Origin: Anaerolineales bacterium
GTDB lineage: Bacteria; Chloroflexota; Anaerolineae; Anaerolineales; UBA11858
DNA length: 64,000 nt
Assembly: GCA_049644605.1 (NCBI GenBank)
Contig: JBARSF010000005.1
Span: 538 to 64,537, forward strand
Direction: 5' to 3'
The translations under genes were made by a program, and so were the position numbers. The number at the start of each line of letters is the position of its first letter. Positions within the stretch are counted from its first letter, which is position 1. This document shows positions 1-8,745 of the stretch, one piece after another. The notes under the pieces are model-generated. The model saw only the letters and a list, made by a program, of their open reading frames with translations, had not been told where the DNA came from and ran no database searches.

Positions 1-1
1 T

Positions 2-496
2 CGCCCCAGGAACAATTTTTATGGACCGCGAGAGAGTATTATTCCTAAGATCAATGAATTTAATTGGTATCGCGAGCAGTCGAAAGACCGGATCATCATT
101 GATAAAGGAGAAGCGAGTGTGCTTAATGATGTAAAACTATATTTTGATAAGACCTATTATCTGGATGGGGAAGAATTGAATCATTGCGAACACATCGGGG
201 ATATTCTCTTTTCCCAGGAATATTTGGGAAATCATCCTTGGATGCCGGAGGGTTTAGGTGTCAACAAAAGAGCTCCGGGTCCATTTGAAACCAGCCCGGG
301 TGCGGTTTATGAGATTGAACGGAGTATGGCAACAATTGCGAGGGTGATGACCCAGATGCGCTATCAGCTCTTGGTTGATTCTGAGATTGATTATAGCCAT
401 CTGATTGAGGTGGAACGGCCTATCTGGCAGAAAGTCCTCGACCGTTATGGGGTTGCCTTCCCGAATTACCTGCAGGGAAAAAAGGCGGAACAATGA
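2..496 (+). CDS. Small lipoprotein-family protein, 5'-truncated by the window edge (paralogue of 5224-6024 and 7976-8731)
   Basis: The frame is open from base 2, with no stop before the listed Met at 119. The C-terminus ERPIWQKVLDRYGVAFPNYLQ aligns with ETPIWQFMRNHYGEPL and EDPFWLYVHNRYGVELPSWLQ of the two paralogues. Its stop overlaps the next gene's start (ATGA at 493-496). Confidence 0.6.
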   Translation, partial: RPRNNFYGPRESIIPKINEFNWYREQSKDRIIIDKGEASVLNDVKLYFDKTYYLDGEELNHCEHIGDILFSQEYLGNHPWMPEGLGVNKRAPGPFETSPGAVYEIERSMATIARVMTQMRYQLLVDSEIDYSHLIEVERPIWQKVLDRYGVAFPNYLQGKKAEQ

Positions 497-2178
497 AACA
501 TCAATTCTTTTTGATGATCTTTACAGTTGTTGTGATTACCGCCGGTTGCCTGCCAACTGAAAGTGAGCAGGTAGCTGCCATCACTCAGATCGCAGAAGGC
601 ATTATCGCCACCCAGACCGCTCAGGCGCCAACCCCGACCACAGTTCCACCCACGCCAGTCTGGAAAGACGGCGATACTCGCGTCTCCCTGGTGGATGGGA
701 TGACCCAGATCTTTATTCCCGCTGGTGATTATTTACTGGGTTCCAACCAGGAGGAGATCGATTGGGCAATGGAATGCGGCGGGGCTGATTATACTGATGA
801 AGCTCCGCAGTATTCTGTCCAGCTGGATTCTTTCTGGATTGACCAGACCGAAGTCACGGTGGCTATGTTCAGGCAGTTTGTCGATGAGACCGGGTACCTC
901 ACATTAGCAGAGCGCACCGGTACCAGTTACGTCTATTTCGAGAGCGACTGGTCTTCTATACCCGGCGCCAGCTGGCAGGACCCCGGTGAATTTCTTCCGC
1001 CTGGTACGGATATTTATCCTCTAGGGGAGGATCATCCCGTTGGGAATGTCTCCTGGTATGATGCCTTTGCATACTGCGAGTGGGCTGTCCGCCGTTTGCC
1101 CACCGAGGTGGAATGGGAAGCGGCTGCCCGGGGAACGGACCAGCGGCGCTTCCCTTGGGGAGATGAGTTGACCGAGAGGGACCTGTTTAATCTGGAGGAG
1201 GGCGAGGATGCTTGTTATCAAACCGCTGAAGTGGACGATGGTTATGAAATTACGTCACCTGTGATGGATTTTCCTGATGGGGCCAGTCCATTTGGAGTTT
1301 TGGGAATGGCCGGGAATGTTAAAGAGTGGGTATATGACTGGTATTCACAGAGTTACTCAAATGTCCCCCTGATCAATCCGGTAAACATAGAGGAATCTGG
1401 ACTTAGGGTTGCCCGGGGCGGCAGCTACGCCAGCCAACTGGTTGATTCGCGCACAGCAAATCGAAGGGGCCTTAATCCCACCCTTAGTTTCAGCGATTTT
1501 GGTTTCCGCTGCGTTGAGTCGGAACACGATCTGATGGATCCTCCTTCCAATGAGGAATATATTGCTGACATCACCCTGTTGAAAAACTCCATCACGGTTT
1601 ATCTGTTTCCAGATACTTTTAAGATTGGATCCATCAAAGATGCCTCGAAATTCGAGATAACCGGACAATATGGTCAGTGCATGTATCTCCGGGTTGGTCT
1701 GCGCGAGGGTATGGATGGTTGGATAACAATGGATGACTCGATAAATCTCAATCTGCCCTGCAGTTCTTTTGAAGAAGTGCTGATCCGCCCTTTGTCCAGC
1801 ACCCTGGATGCAGGGGATTACGGCAGAGGGATCCTGACGGTGACTAACCTCGGCAGCTCCGACGCAGTAGTCATACTTTTAGAGGAGGATCACGGTTCTG
1901 AGGAGCAGTCTTTCGGTTACTGGACCTATGTTCGGGTTGGAGAAGAAGTGGTCCGAACGGATATCCCCAATGCCAATTACCAGGTCTATCTAACGTCCGG
2001 ATCGAATTGGGATCCCTCTCAAAACCGCTTCTTAGATGCGCTCAGCTATGAAAAGCTGGATGAACCGATGGAATTCACCAGCGATGGAAACAGATATACC
2101 ACCTGGCAGCTGAGTCTGGATACCACCGAAGGAGAGGCTAGCAGCCTTCCTGTAGATGAAAACGACTTCCCACAATGA
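493..2178 (+). CDS. Lipoprotein with a non-catalytic FGE/SUMF1-like (formylglycine-generating-enzyme fold) domain plus a conserved ~200-aa C-terminal domain, copy A
   Basis: Lipobox signal peptide MKHQFFLMIFTVVVITAGC, followed by a TQTAQAPTPTT Thr/Pro linker. FGE-fold motifs are present: YWIDQTEVT, NVSWYDAFAYCEW, RLPTEVEWEAAARG, GNVKEWVYDWY, RVARGGSY, FGFRCV. The Cys pair of true FGEs after RGGS is absent. The C-terminal tail is EGEASSLPVDENDFPQ. Confidence 0.85.
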   Translation: MKHQFFLMIFTVVVITAGCLPTESEQVAAITQIAEGIIATQTAQAPTPTTVPPTPVWKDGDTRVSLVDGMTQIFIPAGDYLLGSNQEEIDWAMECGGADYTDEAPQYSVQLDSFWIDQTEVTVAMFRQFVDETGYLTLAERTGTSYVYFESDWSSIPGASWQDPGEFLPPGTDIYPLGEDHPVGNVSWYDAFAYCEWAVRRLPTEVEWEAAARGTDQRRFPWGDELTERDLFNLEEGEDACYQTAEVDDGYEITSPVMDFPDGASPFGVLGMAGNVKEWVYDWYSQSYSNVPLINPVNIEESGLRVARGGSYASQLVDSRTANRRGLNPTLSFSDFGFRCVESEHDLMDPPSNEEYIADITLLKNSITVYLFPDTFKIGSIKDASKFEITGQYGQCMYLRVGLREGMDGWITMDDSINLNLPCSSFEEVLIRPLSSTLDAGDYGRGILTVTNLGSSDAVVILLEEDHGSEEQSFGYWTYVRVGEEVVRTDIPNANYQVYLTSGSNWDPSQNRFLDALSYEKLDEPMEFTSDGNRYTTWQLSLDTTEGEASSLPVDENDFPQ

Positions 2179-2225
2179 ATCACAATGTTTTTGATAATCA
2201 CTAATATCGTAGGCTGGATAACACC

Positions 2226-5183
2226 ATGACAGACGTATTTATTTCTTACTCCCGCAAGGATATCGCCTTTGCCCGTTTACTTCATGAAGCTTTAATCGAA
2301 AATGAACTCGAAACCTGGATTGACTGGCAGGACATTCCGCCCAGCACGGATTGGCTGGCGGAGGTCTATGAGGCCATCGAGGGGGCGGATGCTTTTGTTT
2401 TTGTGATCAGTGAAACCTCACTTAATTCCGAGATCTGCAGCCTGGAAATTAACCATGCCGCCCAGCATAATAAACGTCTGATCCCGATTGTGATCAAGGA
2501 TGTGGAGGCGGAACAGGTGCCCAAAGAGCTGTCAGTCCTGAACTGGATCTTCTTTGAGGAGGCGGGGGAAAGGTTCGCTGAAGCGATGGATGATCTGGTC
2601 ACTGCCATCACGGTTGATCAGGACTGGCTTAAGAAGCATACCCGGTTTGAGAATCGGGCATTGGCCTGGGAGCGAAAGGATCAGGATCGCGGCTTACTGC
2701 TGCGGGGGAGCGACCTCACAGAGGCTGAAGCCTGGCTGGCAGGAGCTGCCGGGAAGGATCCCCAGCCCACAGCGCTGCAGACCCAGTATATCCTCAAGAG
2801 CCGGGAGGATGCCACCCGCCGGCAGCGGATCACACTCGGTGCGGTAGGGGTAGGTTTGGTGGTGGCAGTCTGTCTGGGAATTCTGGCCTGGACGCAGCGC
2901 AATATTGCAGTCACGGAAGGATTTCAACGGGCTACAGCCGAGGCTGTAGCTGTTGCTGAGGCGGATACACGGGCAACGGCCCAAGCGGAGGCGGTAGCTG
3001 AAGCCAATGCTAGGGCGACTGCGCAGGTGGAGGCGGAAGTGCAGCGAGATGAAGCCGATAGACAATCAACAATTGCCCTGTCCCGGGCTTTATCTCTGAC
3101 AGCGATTGAACAGCAGGAAGTGCAACCGGTATTAGCACTTCTGCTCGCCGCGGAAGCATACGTGATGGATGATAATCTGCAGACCCGCAGCAGTTTACTG
3201 ACCGTACTTCAATCCAACACAGAGGTCGAACGGCGGTTTCTGCACGGACACCCAACGTGGGTGGGTAGTGTGGACTTTAGCCCGGATGGTCAGTTCCTGG
3301 CTTCAGGAGGACACAACGATGACATCATGTTGTGGAGGGCTGTTTCTGGTGAACAGGTTGGAGATACTGTGTATAACAAACCTGTTACTGGAAATTGGGG
3401 CGGAATTGACTGTGTAGTTTTCAGTCCGGATGGGAATTATCTTGCTACTACAGGCGCGTCGGCAATCGTGCTCTGGGAGGTAACCCAAGGTGGATTGAAA
3501 AATCCCCGGGAATTCATCAACCCAGGTGGCGGCATCCCGGCTGATATTGGAGAGAGCCTGGCATTCAGCCCGGATGGGGCTATGCTGGTCTCTGGGGGAC
3601 CGGAGAACTCATTCCTACTCTGGGATGCGGCTCTGGGAGAGGTGAGAACAACACTGAGCAATAGGCACAGCAAGGAGATTGATAGTATTGCATACAGCCC
3701 TGATGGTCTAATCATCGCATCCGCCAGTGCGGATGATAATGTTATTCTGTGGGATGCTGAAAACGGCAACCTGCTGCAGATACTTTCGGATGTTAATCCG
3801 GAAGCAAAAGAGGGTGTTGGTTTTACCGGGAGCCGCAGTATCGATTTCAGCCCGGATGGGCAAATTCTTGCCGCAGGATTAAGCGATGGGTCTGTCCGCT
3901 TGTGGGATGTGAACAGCGGGAAGGAAATTGGACAAACATTCCTCGGGCACACTGCCAGAGTGTTTGCTGTGGCTTTCAGTCCGGATGGGAATATTCTGGC
4001 ATCGGGCGGTTATGATGACACCTTGCTGCTTTGGGATGTGGAAACAGGGGAACTGCTCTACGAGCCGCTCACAGAGCACAGCGATTCGATTCTAGGCCTG
4101 GCTTTCGACCCAGCCGGCACAATGCTGGCATCCTCCAGTATGGATAATGACATTATCCTGTGGGAAATGGGTCGGGGTTCTTTACCCAAACTTCATTCGG
4201 ATTCAATTCTCAGCCTGGCCTTCAGCTCCGACAGCACGCTGTTGGCATCCAGCGCCAAAGACAACTCGATTCGTTTCTGGGATATTCAGAGTAGACAGCC
4301 ATATGGTCAACCTATCACCGGTTTGGATTCCAGCCAGACTAATCTCGCCTTCAGCCCGGAAGGAAAATTACTGGCAGCTTATTGTGATGGTATTTGTCTC
4401 TGGGACATTCAATCAAGCAGCCTATTAATGAAATGGAATGCGAATTCAGCCCTTTACCCCAGCCAACTGGTGTTTAATCCCCAGAAGGAGATGCTGGCGA
4501 CCGGTGATGGTGGAGGAAATATCCGCTTGTGGAACACTGCTGACGGTTCACAGATCGGTCAAACGGTATCAGCATTTGAGGGGGAGGTGTTTGCATTAGC
4601 TTTCAGCGAGGATGGGAATACACTATTCGCAGCCAATGCTTTTAACAGCCGGATGCTGACCTGGGATCTAATTACCGGAGAAAAAATCTATCTGCCGTTA
4701 GAAAGCAGCGGTAACGTAGGATACTTAATGAGCTTCAGCCCGGATGGAAAACTTCTAAGTTCAGGGACGGCAGGTGGAAATTGGAATGACGTTTTGATTT
4801 TCGATACTTCCAGTGGACAAGCGCTCTTTGAACCATTAAAAGGTCACACTGATTTTGTTTTGTCCCTGGCGTTCAACCCTGAAAATCAAATCCTGGCCAC
4901 AGGAAGTGCCGACCATACCGTCCGTTTATGGGATGTTGTCAGTGGACAGCCGATGGGCATGCCGCTGACAGGGCATAATGATTCTGTAGTTGCTTTAGCG
5001 TACAGTCCGGACGGGTCGTACCTGGCTTCAGCCAGCAGTGATGATCCCATCCGTCTTTGGGAAATGGATCCTGAGGCTTGGTTCACCAGAGCCTGTGAGA
5101 TTGCCAATCGCAGCCTGACAATCGAGGAGTGGGAGACATTTCTCCCTGGTCAGCCGTATCGGGAAACCTGCCCTGAGAATTAG
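2226..5183 (+). CDS. TIR domain - single TM helix - Ala/Glu-rich repeat - 14x WD40 protein
   Basis: N-terminal TIR motifs are DVFISYSRKD, WIDWQDIPPSTDW and AFVFVISETSLNSEICSLEI (candidate catalytic Glu). The TM helix ITLGAVGVGLVVAVCLGILAW is preceded by RRQR. An ATAEAVAVAEADTRATAQAEAVAEANARATAQVEAE repeat follows. There are 14 blades carrying FSPDG-type motifs and WD/LWD ends. No Walker A occurs between the TIR and WD40 regions. Confidence 0.85.
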   Translation: MTDVFISYSRKDIAFARLLHEALIENELETWIDWQDIPPSTDWLAEVYEAIEGADAFVFVISETSLNSEICSLEINHAAQHNKRLIPIVIKDVEAEQVPKELSVLNWIFFEEAGERFAEAMDDLVTAITVDQDWLKKHTRFENRALAWERKDQDRGLLLRGSDLTEAEAWLAGAAGKDPQPTALQTQYILKSREDATRRQRITLGAVGVGLVVAVCLGILAWTQRNIAVTEGFQRATAEAVAVAEADTRATAQAEAVAEANARATAQVEAEVQRDEADRQSTIALSRALSLTAIEQQEVQPVLALLLAAEAYVMDDNLQTRSSLLTVLQSNTEVERRFLHGHPTWVGSVDFSPDGQFLASGGHNDDIMLWRAVSGEQVGDTVYNKPVTGNWGGIDCVVFSPDGNYLATTGASAIVLWEVTQGGLKNPREFINPGGGIPADIGESLAFSPDGAMLVSGGPENSFLLWDAALGEVRTTLSNRHSKEIDSIAYSPDGLIIASASADDNVILWDAENGNLLQILSDVNPEAKEGVGFTGSRSIDFSPDGQILAAGLSDGSVRLWDVNSGKEIGQTFLGHTARVFAVAFSPDGNILASGGYDDTLLLWDVETGELLYEPLTEHSDSILGLAFDPAGTMLASSSMDNDIILWEMGRGSLPKLHSDSILSLAFSSDSTLLASSAKDNSIRFWDIQSRQPYGQPITGLDSSQTNLAFSPEGKLLAAYCDGICLWDIQSSSLLMKWNANSALYPSQLVFNPQKEMLATGDGGGNIRLWNTADGSQIGQTVSAFEGEVFALAFSEDGNTLFAANAFNSRMLTWDLITGEKIYLPLESSGNVGYLMSFSPDGKLLSSGTAGGNWNDVLIFDTSSGQALFEPLKGHTDFVLSLAFNPENQILATGSADHTVRLWDVVSGQPMGMPLTGHNDSVVALAYSPDGSYLASASSDDPIRLWEMDPEAWFTRACEIANRSLTIEEWETFLPGQPYRETCPEN

Positions 5184-5223
5184 GACTAATCTGAATTTGG
5201 ATAAAATACACAAGGAGAGAAGA

Positions 5224-6024
5224 ATGAAACGTTGGATGGGACTATCTTTACTCCTTATTTTCCTGTTGAGTGCCTGCGGTCCTTCCGAAGCGGACATACA
5301 AGCCACCGGTACGCAGGTGGCGGCTGAATTGTACGGCACACAGACTGCGCTGGCGCCCACTATCACGCCGACGATAACGCCCACACCAACGGAAACACTC
5401 ACACCGACACCTACATTCACACTTACAAACACTCCGCACCCGCCGACTGCCACCCTGACGGAAGCTGGCGTAGAGAAGCTGATGCTTTGCTACAAGGCGG
5501 CCGTGAGCCTCCAGGCCGATTGGGAGGTGCATCTCTTGATCTCTGGAAGAATGGGTTGGGAGTGGTACAACCCGGATAATGAATGGAAAAGCATAGATAA
5601 AATATCTCAGGAGCTGAATGCTTTCTGGTGGGAGCGCAGCCACCGAGCAGGTGGAATCAAGATTAAGTGGGTTAATTTAATAAATGTAACAGACAAAAGC
5701 CACGGTAATATTACCCTTATAGTGGATGGCGTGGAACTGCAGGAGTATAGGTGGGAACGCTCGGATTGTGATCAATATCTCAAAGAAATCTGGCTCTCCG
5801 ACACCAAACTCCTAATAGATCCTTGGGGGGGGGGTATGAAACGGATAAGCGAAGTCTCTTTCGCCTACAAGACTATCAATCAGGTTGTGAAGAAGATGCG
5901 CACAGAACTGCTGGAGATCTACGGCATCGATCCAGCCGAACTGGAAGCCATCGAAACCCCCATTTGGCAGTTCATGAGAAACCACTACGGCGAACCGCTC
6001 AGTAAAAATCGGTTTTGGGAATAG
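5224..6024 (+). CDS. Small lipoprotein, cassette copy B (unknown function)
   Basis: AAGGAGAG RBS before the ATG at 5224. Lipobox MKRWMGLSLLLIFLLSAC, then GTQTALAPTITPTITPTPTETLTPTP linker. EAGVEKLMLCYKAAVSLQADW is shared with copy C. The track ORF begins earlier, at 5197. The gene contains a G10 tract at 5825-5834. Confidence 0.7.
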   Translation: MKRWMGLSLLLIFLLSACGPSEADIQATGTQVAAELYGTQTALAPTITPTITPTPTETLTPTPTFTLTNTPHPPTATLTEAGVEKLMLCYKAAVSLQADWEVHLLISGRMGWEWYNPDNEWKSIDKISQELNAFWWERSHRAGGIKIKWVNLINVTDKSHGNITLIVDGVELQEYRWERSDCDQYLKEIWLSDTKLLIDPWGGGMKRISEVSFAYKTINQVVKKMRTELLEIYGIDPAELEAIETPIWQFMRNHYGEPLSKNRFWE

Positions 6025-6035
6025 AGGACAAAACT

Positions 6036-7742
6036 ATGAAGTTAAAACTAACTACATACCTGATGCTCGGGATCGCCTTCCTTGCCAGCGGCTGTGGCCC
6101 CAGCGAAAGTGAGCAGATCGCCACCATTACCCAGATTGCAGCCGGCATCATCGCCACGCAGACTGCCAATGCGCCTACCGCCACGCCCACCCCTACGTTG
6201 AGCCCCGGTGACACACGCACCTCACCGGTCGACGGCATGACCATGGTTTACATACCCCCGGGGGAGTATACACTTGGCTCGACCGAGGAGGATGTGGAAT
6301 GGGCGGTAGAGCAGTGCGGAAGAGCCAACAGCAGTTCCGAATATTCCTGGGATGACGAATGTGATACTGCTGAATTCCAGGACGAGATGCCCCAGCATAC
6401 TGTGCGGTTAGATCCATATTGGATTGACCAAACCGAGGTTACCGTGGCGATGTTCGCTCAATTTGTGGATGAGACAGGATACAAGACGGTAGCGGAGCGG
6501 TTTCAGTATAAGGATCTTACTTACACTGACAAATGGCGGTTTGAGAGAAACGCCGATTGGTCGAATCCATTTGGGCTTGAATCCGCTACCGAGGACTTGA
6601 AGGAGAACCCTGTCGTTAATGTCAGTTGGCAAGATGCCTGGACTTACTGTGAGTGGGCCGGTCGCAGGCTGCCAACCGAGGCTGAGTGGGAGGCCGCAGC
6701 CCGCGGGATGGATCTACGGATCTTTCCCTGGGGGGACGAGAGTCCACTAAATAATCATGCCAATTTGACTGATGACAGGAGTATTGTATTGGGACTCTCC
6801 AGCTCGTACAGCGATGGATATATGTGGATTTCCCCGGTGATGAGCTTCCCGGAGGGCGCCAGCCCCTTCGGTGTCTTGGGCATGGCCGGAAACGTCAAGG
6901 AATGGGTTTACGATTGGTACTCACCAGTGTATGATCTACCACCCCTTGCGGAGAACCCGATCAATACAACCGAAACCGAAATGCGCGTACGACGCAGCGG
7001 CAGCTTTGACACCTATCTCTCAGACATCCGCACAGCTAGCCGGGCGGGGAGCAGTCCGTACTGGACTGCCAGCGACTTGGGTTTCCGCTGTGTGTTATCG
7101 GAACTGGAATTACCAGATCCCCCGGAGCAAGACAGCTCCCCGCCTGACGCTGCGTTCGGGGATTGGAGAACGGTAGTATATGATAGCGTGGACATACATC
7201 AGTATGGGTATCTGAAAAGCTTTAGCGACCTGGAGATTCTAGGACAGTACTCCCAGTGCGAACACCTTAAAATCTCCACGCCGGATTACCCGGAAGGCTG
7301 GCTGCACGCAAAGGATGATGTTACCCTCTACAAGGATTGTTCGGATTTCGAGGAGATATTCATTCGACCTGCTTCTAAGAACTGGTATCACTATCCAAAG
7401 GGATTCGGGGTCCTTACCGTGAAGAACCAGGGAGAGAGCGATGCCTACCTCGTCCTGGTGGACATTGATAATGAGGAGAGTTACGAGATTTATGTGCGGG
7501 CTGGTGAGCAGGTGATCATGGAGGATATCCTCGATGGCACATATGAGGTTTACACAACCAGCGGCACTACCTGGGTTTCCTATGATAAGCGTTTCAAGGA
7601 TGCCGTAAGCTATGAGAAGCTTACAGAGCCAATGGTATTCACATCCACCGAAACCCAAGCGACCTGGTGGGAAATCGTTCTTCAAACTGTGGAAGGCGGA
7701 AATACTGGTAGTATCCCCATTAATGAAAGCGACTTTCCATGA
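6036..7742 (+). CDS. Lipoprotein with non-catalytic FGE/SUMF1-like domain, copy B
   Basis: AGAGGA RBS before the ATG at 6036 (the track ORF starts at 6015). Lipobox MKLKLTTYLMLGIAFLASGC. Same motif set as copy A: YWIDQTEVTVAMF, RLPTEAEWEAAARG, GNVKEWVYDWY, LGFRCV. C-terminal tail GNTGSIPINESDFP. Confidence 0.85.
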   Translation: MKLKLTTYLMLGIAFLASGCGPSESEQIATITQIAAGIIATQTANAPTATPTPTLSPGDTRTSPVDGMTMVYIPPGEYTLGSTEEDVEWAVEQCGRANSSSEYSWDDECDTAEFQDEMPQHTVRLDPYWIDQTEVTVAMFAQFVDETGYKTVAERFQYKDLTYTDKWRFERNADWSNPFGLESATEDLKENPVVNVSWQDAWTYCEWAGRRLPTEAEWEAAARGMDLRIFPWGDESPLNNHANLTDDRSIVLGLSSSYSDGYMWISPVMSFPEGASPFGVLGMAGNVKEWVYDWYSPVYDLPPLAENPINTTETEMRVRRSGSFDTYLSDIRTASRAGSSPYWTASDLGFRCVLSELELPDPPEQDSSPPDAAFGDWRTVVYDSVDIHQYGYLKSFSDLEILGQYSQCEHLKISTPDYPEGWLHAKDDVTLYKDCSDFEEIFIRPASKNWYHYPKGFGVLTVKNQGESDAYLVLVDIDNEESYEIYVRAGEQVIMEDILDGTYEVYTTSGTTWVSYDKRFKDAVSYEKLTEPMVFTSTETQATWWEIVLQTVEGGNTGSIPINESDFP

Positions 7743-7975
7743 TCATCACATAAGACTCAGAATGGTGATGATAGTTTTATGTCAACCCAAGAAAATAAAT
7801 TGAGTAAATAGCAGCTTATTCCACTATGACCATCAGTTCTCTAGTTTTAACTTAGATAATATAAAGATCAGTGCTTGAAGACATGGGGTGCAGTAAGTTT
7901 CTCACCCCTTGTTCGAGATATTGCCCTTGAGTAAATGAGTCAGATATGTTTCATAGATTTAGATTGGAGAGCTCA

Positions 7976-8731
7976 ATGAAAAGATGGATCATCCTTGTTT
8001 TTGTGCTGTTATTCATGTTGAGTGCTTGCGGACCCTCAGAAGCAGATATGCATGCCACTGTCACGCAGGTGGCGGCTGAGCTGTACGGTACGCAAACCGC
8101 ATTGGCGCCTACTGCTACTTCTACAAGCACACCATCAATCACACCAACGCCATCGGAAACACCAACGCCAACAATGATACCAACCATTACGAACACTCCG
8201 CTCCCACCAACCGCCACCCTGAGGGAGGCTGGTGTGGAGAAGCTGCTGTTGTGCTACAAGGCTGCTGTGAGCGTCCAGGCAGATTGGGCGGTGCATAGCT
8301 TGATCTTCTTCAAAGTTCACAGCTACTCTGATAAAAAGTATCAAGAGCTGAATGCTTTTCTCTGGGAGCGCAGTCACAGATCAGGTGGTATCAGGATCTT
8401 TGATAAAAATCCGTTCCCTTTGGGTAACGATACGCTGGTGGTGGATGGTGTGCAAATAGAGAGCCAAGTTTATGGACGCGAGGATTGTGATCCTTATTTA
8501 GGCACAATCATTGGTTCGGCCGGGGGCTTGCGTAATGGTCCCTGGGGTGTAGGGGCAGGCTCGCGGATCAGCCATTCTCGCTCGATTATTAATACTGCTG
8601 TGAGTAAAATGCGAAAAGAGTTACATGAGGTGTACGGGATCTACAACGTCGTATTGGATGGCATTGAGGATCCCTTCTGGTTGTATGTTCACAATCGCTA
8701 CGGTGTCGAACTTCCGAGCTGGTTGCAGTAG
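7976..8731 (+). CDS. Small lipoprotein, cassette copy C
   Basis: GGAGAG RBS before the ATG at 7976 (the track ORF starts at 7946). Lipobox MKRWIILVFVLLFMLSAC. It is collinear with copy B through the Thr/Pro linker, EAGVEKLLLCYKAAVSVQADW, and the C-terminal EDPFWLYVHNRYG. Confidence 0.7.
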   Translation: MKRWIILVFVLLFMLSACGPSEADMHATVTQVAAELYGTQTALAPTATSTSTPSITPTPSETPTPTMIPTITNTPLPPTATLREAGVEKLLLCYKAAVSVQADWAVHSLIFFKVHSYSDKKYQELNAFLWERSHRSGGIRIFDKNPFPLGNDTLVVDGVQIESQVYGREDCDPYLGTIIGSAGGLRNGPWGVGAGSRISHSRSIINTAVSKMRKELHEVYGIYNVVLDGIEDPFWLYVHNRYGVELPSWLQ

Positions 8732-8745
8732 AAAAGGATGTCCCT

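Noticed and set aside
2226-5183. Calling the TIR-WD40 protein a STAND/NLR-like (Avs/NACHT/NB-ARC) immune ATPase
   Set aside because: No Walker A/B motifs occur anywhere between the TIR and WD40 regions; GAAGKD is not a P-loop.
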